From positions 1 through 45,015 of the forward strand of contig CAVWIG010000026.1 of the NCBI GenBank assembly GCA_963754945.1: DNA of 45,015 nt, given 5' to 3'. Source of the DNA: Methanotrichaceae archaeon (GTDB lineage: Archaea > Halobacteriota > Methanosarcinia > Methanotrichales > Methanotrichaceae). The notes beneath the pieces are model-generated. The model was not told the DNA's origin. It was given only the letters and a program-made list of their open reading frames with translations, and made no database searches. Below, one piece after another: positions 41,153 through 45,015 of the stretch. Numbering within the stretch: position 1 is the first letter of the stretch; each line of letters opens with the position of its first letter. Both the position numbers and the translations under genes were made by a program.

Positions 41153-41502
41153 TGGAGATCGAGAAAGAGATGGAGGTAGAGGACTCTCGCATCCGGTGCA
41201 GGCAAAGGACCGCGGCATCGGAAAAGGTCCTGGATTACGATTACAAGAAGTGCGCAGGTTGCTCCATCTGCGTGGCCCTCTGCCCCAAGAGGGCCCTTGA
41301 AGAAGGGCCGCTTCAGGAGATCGCAAAGGGGATGGACGCGCCGCCGGTTCTGATCGACCTGGACGCGTGCGTCTTCTGCGGTATGTGCGCTAACTTCTGT
41401 CCCGTCCGTGCCTTCAGGATGACGGTCAAAGAGAAGACGCCAGCAACAGAGAACGCAATAGAGAATAACGCAGAGAACACGCTCGTAACTGAGACTGGCT
41501 GA
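41149..41502 (+). CDS. 2[4Fe-4S] ferredoxin; N-terminal part of the Hdr-associated polyferredoxin
   Basis: YDYKKCAGCSICVALCP and CVFCGMCANFCP; same frame as 41536..42651. Confidence 0.85.
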   Translation: MMEIEKEMEVEDSRIRCRQRTAASEKVLDYDYKKCAGCSICVALCPKRALEEGPLQEIAKGMDAPPVLIDLDACVFCGMCANFCPVRAFRMTVKEKTPATENAIENNAENTLVTETG

Positions 41503-41535
41503 AAGATACGCTGAAAGAAAGGCTTCGAGGATGGC

Positions 41536-42651
41536 ATGACAGACAAGGCTAATGATGAGGCTACGAAGAAGGCTAAGGATTTTCGGGAGCTTGAGCAGTA
41601 CCCGAAGTTGGTAGCCGAAGCAGTTCCAGGCGAGAAGTGCCTGCCCTGCCTGCTTTGCGAGCCTGTCTGCCCTACTAAGGCCATCAAAGTTACGTTCAAC
41701 AAGACCAGGGAAGACTTCGGTCCTCTCCGAAAAGGCGTAACTGGAAAGATCATCGTAGACAAGGACAAGTGCAACCTCTGCGGCCGGTGTGCCAGATTCT
41801 GTAAGGCCTTCTTGCTGGTGGAGAAGGGCGAGAAGGAAAAGACCCCCAGAGAGCTGGTGCCCTACGAGCAGCTCCTGGTGGATGAGGAGCTGTGCGACTA
41901 CTGCGGCCTGTGTGTCCCCCTATGCCCGGAAGAGGCCATAAAGGTGGAAGGCCCTCCACTGGAGTTGGATGTCGAGCCGGAGATACTAGGCAAGATAGAG
42001 ATCGATAAGGACCTGTGCATAGGCTGTGGGAGATGTGCCTTGGTCTGCCCTTACGAGGCCATTGATGTGAAGAAGCCGTTTGAGGGGGAGATTCAGCTCA
42101 TCGAGAAGAACCTCGTCAGGTGTGACCCTTTGGGATGCCAGGCCTGCTTCAACGTCTGCCCGGCCAAGTGCTGGTACGTAGACGAGCGCGGCAAGGCCGC
42201 CCCAGTGAAAGAGCAGTGTATCCTCTGCGGAGCCTGCGCCAAGGCCTGTCCGGTCTCGGCCATAGATGTAGGGCGATCAAAAGTTCGTCACACGGAGATC
42301 AAAGAGACACCCTGGGCATCGGAATGGAAGGATGCAATTTCCTCAATAGTCACCGGGGAAAAGAAGAGGCCGGATGTCTCAGCGGCCGTGACCCCACCTG
42401 AGATCGAGCGCCCGCCGCTGCCAAAAATTGAGATGCCTGTGCGAGACCCAGAACTGCAAAGGCTTGTGGAAGAGGCGCTGCGACCAGTGGTGCCTGTTCT
42501 GAAAAAACCAAAGGTCAGGTTCATAATGGAGAGGGAGCCTGCCAAAGTGGCCAGTGATAAGATCGTAGAGCGTCTGAAGAAGGCCGAGACAAAGAAGCAG
42601 ATCGAAAAGAAGAAGGAAAAGCCGCAAGAAGCAGCCGCAGAGGAGCCGTGA
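41536..42651 (+). CDS. Polyferredoxin
   Basis: Six CxxCxxCxxxC-type motifs. Confidence 0.9.
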   Translation: MTDKANDEATKKAKDFRELEQYPKLVAEAVPGEKCLPCLLCEPVCPTKAIKVTFNKTREDFGPLRKGVTGKIIVDKDKCNLCGRCARFCKAFLLVEKGEKEKTPRELVPYEQLLVDEELCDYCGLCVPLCPEEAIKVEGPPLELDVEPEILGKIEIDKDLCIGCGRCALVCPYEAIDVKKPFEGEIQLIEKNLVRCDPLGCQACFNVCPAKCWYVDERGKAAPVKEQCILCGACAKACPVSAIDVGRSKVRHTEIKETPWASEWKDAISSIVTGEKKRPDVSAAVTPPEIERPPLPKIEMPVRDPELQRLVEEALRPVVPVLKKPKVRFIMEREPAKVASDKIVERLKKAETKKQIEKKKEKPQEAAAEEP

Positions 42652-42657
42652 GATGCA

Positions 42658-43185
42658 GTGAAGGAAGACACAGAGTTCACAAATGAGGTCCTAAGGCTGG
42701 CGGGTCCTGAGGTCAGAACCTGCATCCAGTGTGGCACCTGCTCTGCTGCCTGCCCCACTGCCAACCTGATGGACAACAGCATCCGAAGGCTGGTGAAGTT
42801 TTCCCTTGAAGGCAGGAAGGAGGAGGCACTTGCGAGCGGTTCAGTATGGCTGTGCACATCGTGCCAGCTATGCACAGTCCGTTGCCCTCGCGGCATTCGG
42901 CCAAAGGTCCTTGTGGGAGCCCTCAGGGACATCTTCGAGAGAGAGGGAAGAAAGGACAAGGACCAGGCATACGAGGACCTGTTCATGCGCCAGATAAAGG
43001 ATCTAGGTAGGATATCCGAGGCTCTGCTATCCGCCGAGTACCTGCTGGCTGATCCACGGTCGGCGGTCCAGACCATGGAGATGGGACTGGAGCTGCTGCC
43101 CAGAGGCAAGATAACATTGGAGAAAGATAGGATCAAGGGAACGGATGATGTGAAGAGGATCTTCGCAGAGCTGGGGAAAGAATGA
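42658..43185 (+). CDS. hdrC: Heterodisulfide reductase subunit C
   Basis: CIQCGTCSAACP and WLCTSCQLCTVRCPRGI. Confidence 0.93.
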   Translation: MKEDTEFTNEVLRLAGPEVRTCIQCGTCSAACPTANLMDNSIRRLVKFSLEGRKEEALASGSVWLCTSCQLCTVRCPRGIRPKVLVGALRDIFEREGRKDKDQAYEDLFMRQIKDLGRISEALLSAEYLLADPRSAVQTMEMGLELLPRGKITLEKDRIKGTDDVKRIFAELGKE

Positions 43186-44034
43186 AGCTGGCTTACTATC
43201 CGGGGTGCGTCTCCCGGTCGACTGGAAAGGAGATGGACCGCTCAACCAGGGCGGTGTGCGCTGCTCTGGGAATCGATCTTGAAGAGCTGCCGGACTGGTC
43301 CTGCTGCGGAGCCACCCACGTTCCCAATGAGTTCGTCAGCACCGGCCTGGCCGTCAGGAACATCATCCAGACCGACCAACCCATAGTAACAGCCTGCTCA
43401 ATCTGCTATAGCAACCTGAGAAACGCAGTGCTGCGAATGGAGGTGCCGGAGGTCCGTGCTAAGGTTGACGCTGTCCTGACCAAAAGCTACAAGGGCGCCC
43501 GGATCAGGCACGTCCTCGATGTCATACTTGAAGTGCTTCAGAAGGATGACGACAGGTTAGTAGTTCCATTAAATGACCTCAAGGCAGCACCCTATTACGG
43601 CTGTCTGCTGACCAGGCCGAAGGGCGGCATAGACAGCCCTGAGGTCCCAACTATCATGGAGGGACTCATAAAGACACTTGAAGGCAGAACCAGTAGATTT
43701 CGGGCTCAAAGCCTTCTGCTGCGCAGGTCCCATATTCATGCCCCAGGAGGAAGCAGCAGCGGATATAATCTACCGCATTCTAAAAGACGCAAAGAAGGCC
43801 GGAGCGGAGGTCATCGTGACTGTTTGTCCGCTTTGCCATCTGATGCTGGACGCCAAGCAGAAGGTCCTGGAGCAGAGGCGCGGTGAGAAGATCGGACTTC
43901 CTGTCCTTTACGTGACTCAGCTCGTCGGGATAGCCCTAGGCCTGGGGCCTGAGGAGCTGGGGCTTAATATGAACTCTGTGTCGCCGATGCCGATGGTGGA
44001 AAATGTGTACGAGAGGATGGCCCAGCAGGGATGA
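43182..44034 (+). CDS. hdrB: Heterodisulfide reductase subunit B, +1 indel at about 43678-43684
   Basis: YYPGC, DWSCCGA, ACSIC and YYGCLLTRP in ORF 43182; CCAG, VCPLCHLMLD and PVLYVTQL in ORF 43678..44034. Confidence 0.92.
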
Positions 44035-44332
44035 TCTAGATGAAAGGCTGATTATTTTAAAGCTCGTCCTGTAGGCGGACAAACCTACTAATTTACTGCT
44101 GCCTTTCATCGGACATTTGCAAGAAACAAAATATCTTGCTAGTTGTTCATAATGCCAAGGCCCAATCCGGCCAAGCAAAAAAGAAAAATTGGAAGTCAAG
44201 TTGCTGCGGCATGCCTGCTGGGTGGGCGGTGCATGGTTCGCCGCCGCAGCATCGAATTAGAAATTGATCTCTTTCTTTAATTCAGAGCATAAATAATGCA
44301 ACGTTTCTCAGGCGTTTGTTGCTGAATTGGCT

Positions 44333-44761
44333 TTACAACTGCTTTACCCCTTGGAAACCGCCATCCCAAACGCCGTCGTATGGATGATTCCAGTATCCCT
44401 CATAATCACTGTAGGCATATTTCCAGCTTCCACACAGACGAGAGGTGTCGTTGGAAAAAGTCGCTGAAAAATATCCCCAATCATCGTTGAATGGTTCATT
44501 CCATGTCCCCATCCAGACATTTTGAGCATCAATATAGCCATCGATATTACCTTGGCCTTGGGGAGTATTGTACGTCCCATAAATGTGATTGCCTGACCGC
44601 GTGAGTCCCATACTGTCGGCTCCAAAACCATTTATCTTCCAGTTTCCATCGACGTTGGCCATGCTGACGATTATTCCAACCCCCAACAAAATCAGGGCGA
44701 ATAATATTATATAGATGCTCTTTATTCTTGTCACTATATCTCCCCGCTGATCAAGACCCAA
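44333..44761 (-). CDS. Secreted hypothetical beta-rich protein
   Basis: Signal peptide, then a Gly/Trp-rich domain (NVDGNWK...IYGTY...WMGTW...LCGSW). Confidence 0.7.
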   Translation of the reverse strand: MGLDQRGDIVTRIKSIYIILFALILLGVGIIVSMANVDGNWKINGFGADSMGLTRSGNHIYGTYNTPQGQGNIDGYIDAQNVWMGTWNEPFNDDWGYFSATFSNDTSRLCGSWKYAYSDYEGYWNHPYDGVWDGGFQGVKQL

Positions 44762-44779
44762 TTCTCAAAAGAGATATGT

Positions 44780-45015
44780 GAGAGTTTCGAAAAACTAATC
44801 AATCGAAATACTTATATACTATTAATACTATAATATAATGCATGAGGACTCTCATTGATTTTGCCATTCGAGCAGAATATGCTCGAGTAAAAGCCCTCGG
44901 AGATGATCTATCCGAGATCGGATCGTTGATCAATTGGGAGCGTTTCAGATTTTTGGAACCATTGATATACAAAAATAAAACTAGCCGCGGAGGTCGTCCG
45001 AACATTGACATCGTG
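44780..45015 (+). mobile_element. Second IS5 copy (left end and transposase start at 44842), truncated by the window
   Basis: Reverse complement of 36788-37023; identical antisense ORF in the track and the same 62-nt distance from the TIR to the ATG. Confidence 0.95.

Noticed and set aside
41500-41514. In-frame TGA codons as selenocysteine
   Set aside because: They lie in a low-complexity linker rather than at Cys positions, and Sec use is not known in this methanogen lineage.

Overview
This is an archaeal methanogen window, most likely Methanotrichaceae (Methanothrix-like). That assignment is inferred from mch, methanogenesis marker 14, the rpl15e-proteasome-exosome superoperon with tRNA-Arg(TCT), the hdrA-mvhD/polyferredoxin/hdrCB cluster and the style of the secreted proteins. 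The standout is the left 7.7 kb: a hypF-C-D-E maturation operon followed by the small and large subunits of a [NiFe]-hydrogenase with group 1h-like signatures (CxxD proximal motif, Cys at the medial-cluster position, no Tat leader). The large subunit is missing from the ORF track because it runs off the window. Characterised Methanothrix species are acetoclasts without hydrogenases, so this looks like an acquired H2-metabolism island, bordered by decayed genes (mscS, type I restriction R, a flavodoxin duplicate). Unannotated structure elsewhere includes a 117-bp MITE with TIR and TSD, a CRISPR-Cas deletion scar, an internally deleted IS5, a decayed Brix gene and an eL15 leader. Two IS5 copies, identical over the visible overlap, lie in inverted orientation around the Hdr cluster. 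Several single-base indels in short homopolymers may be sequencing errors.
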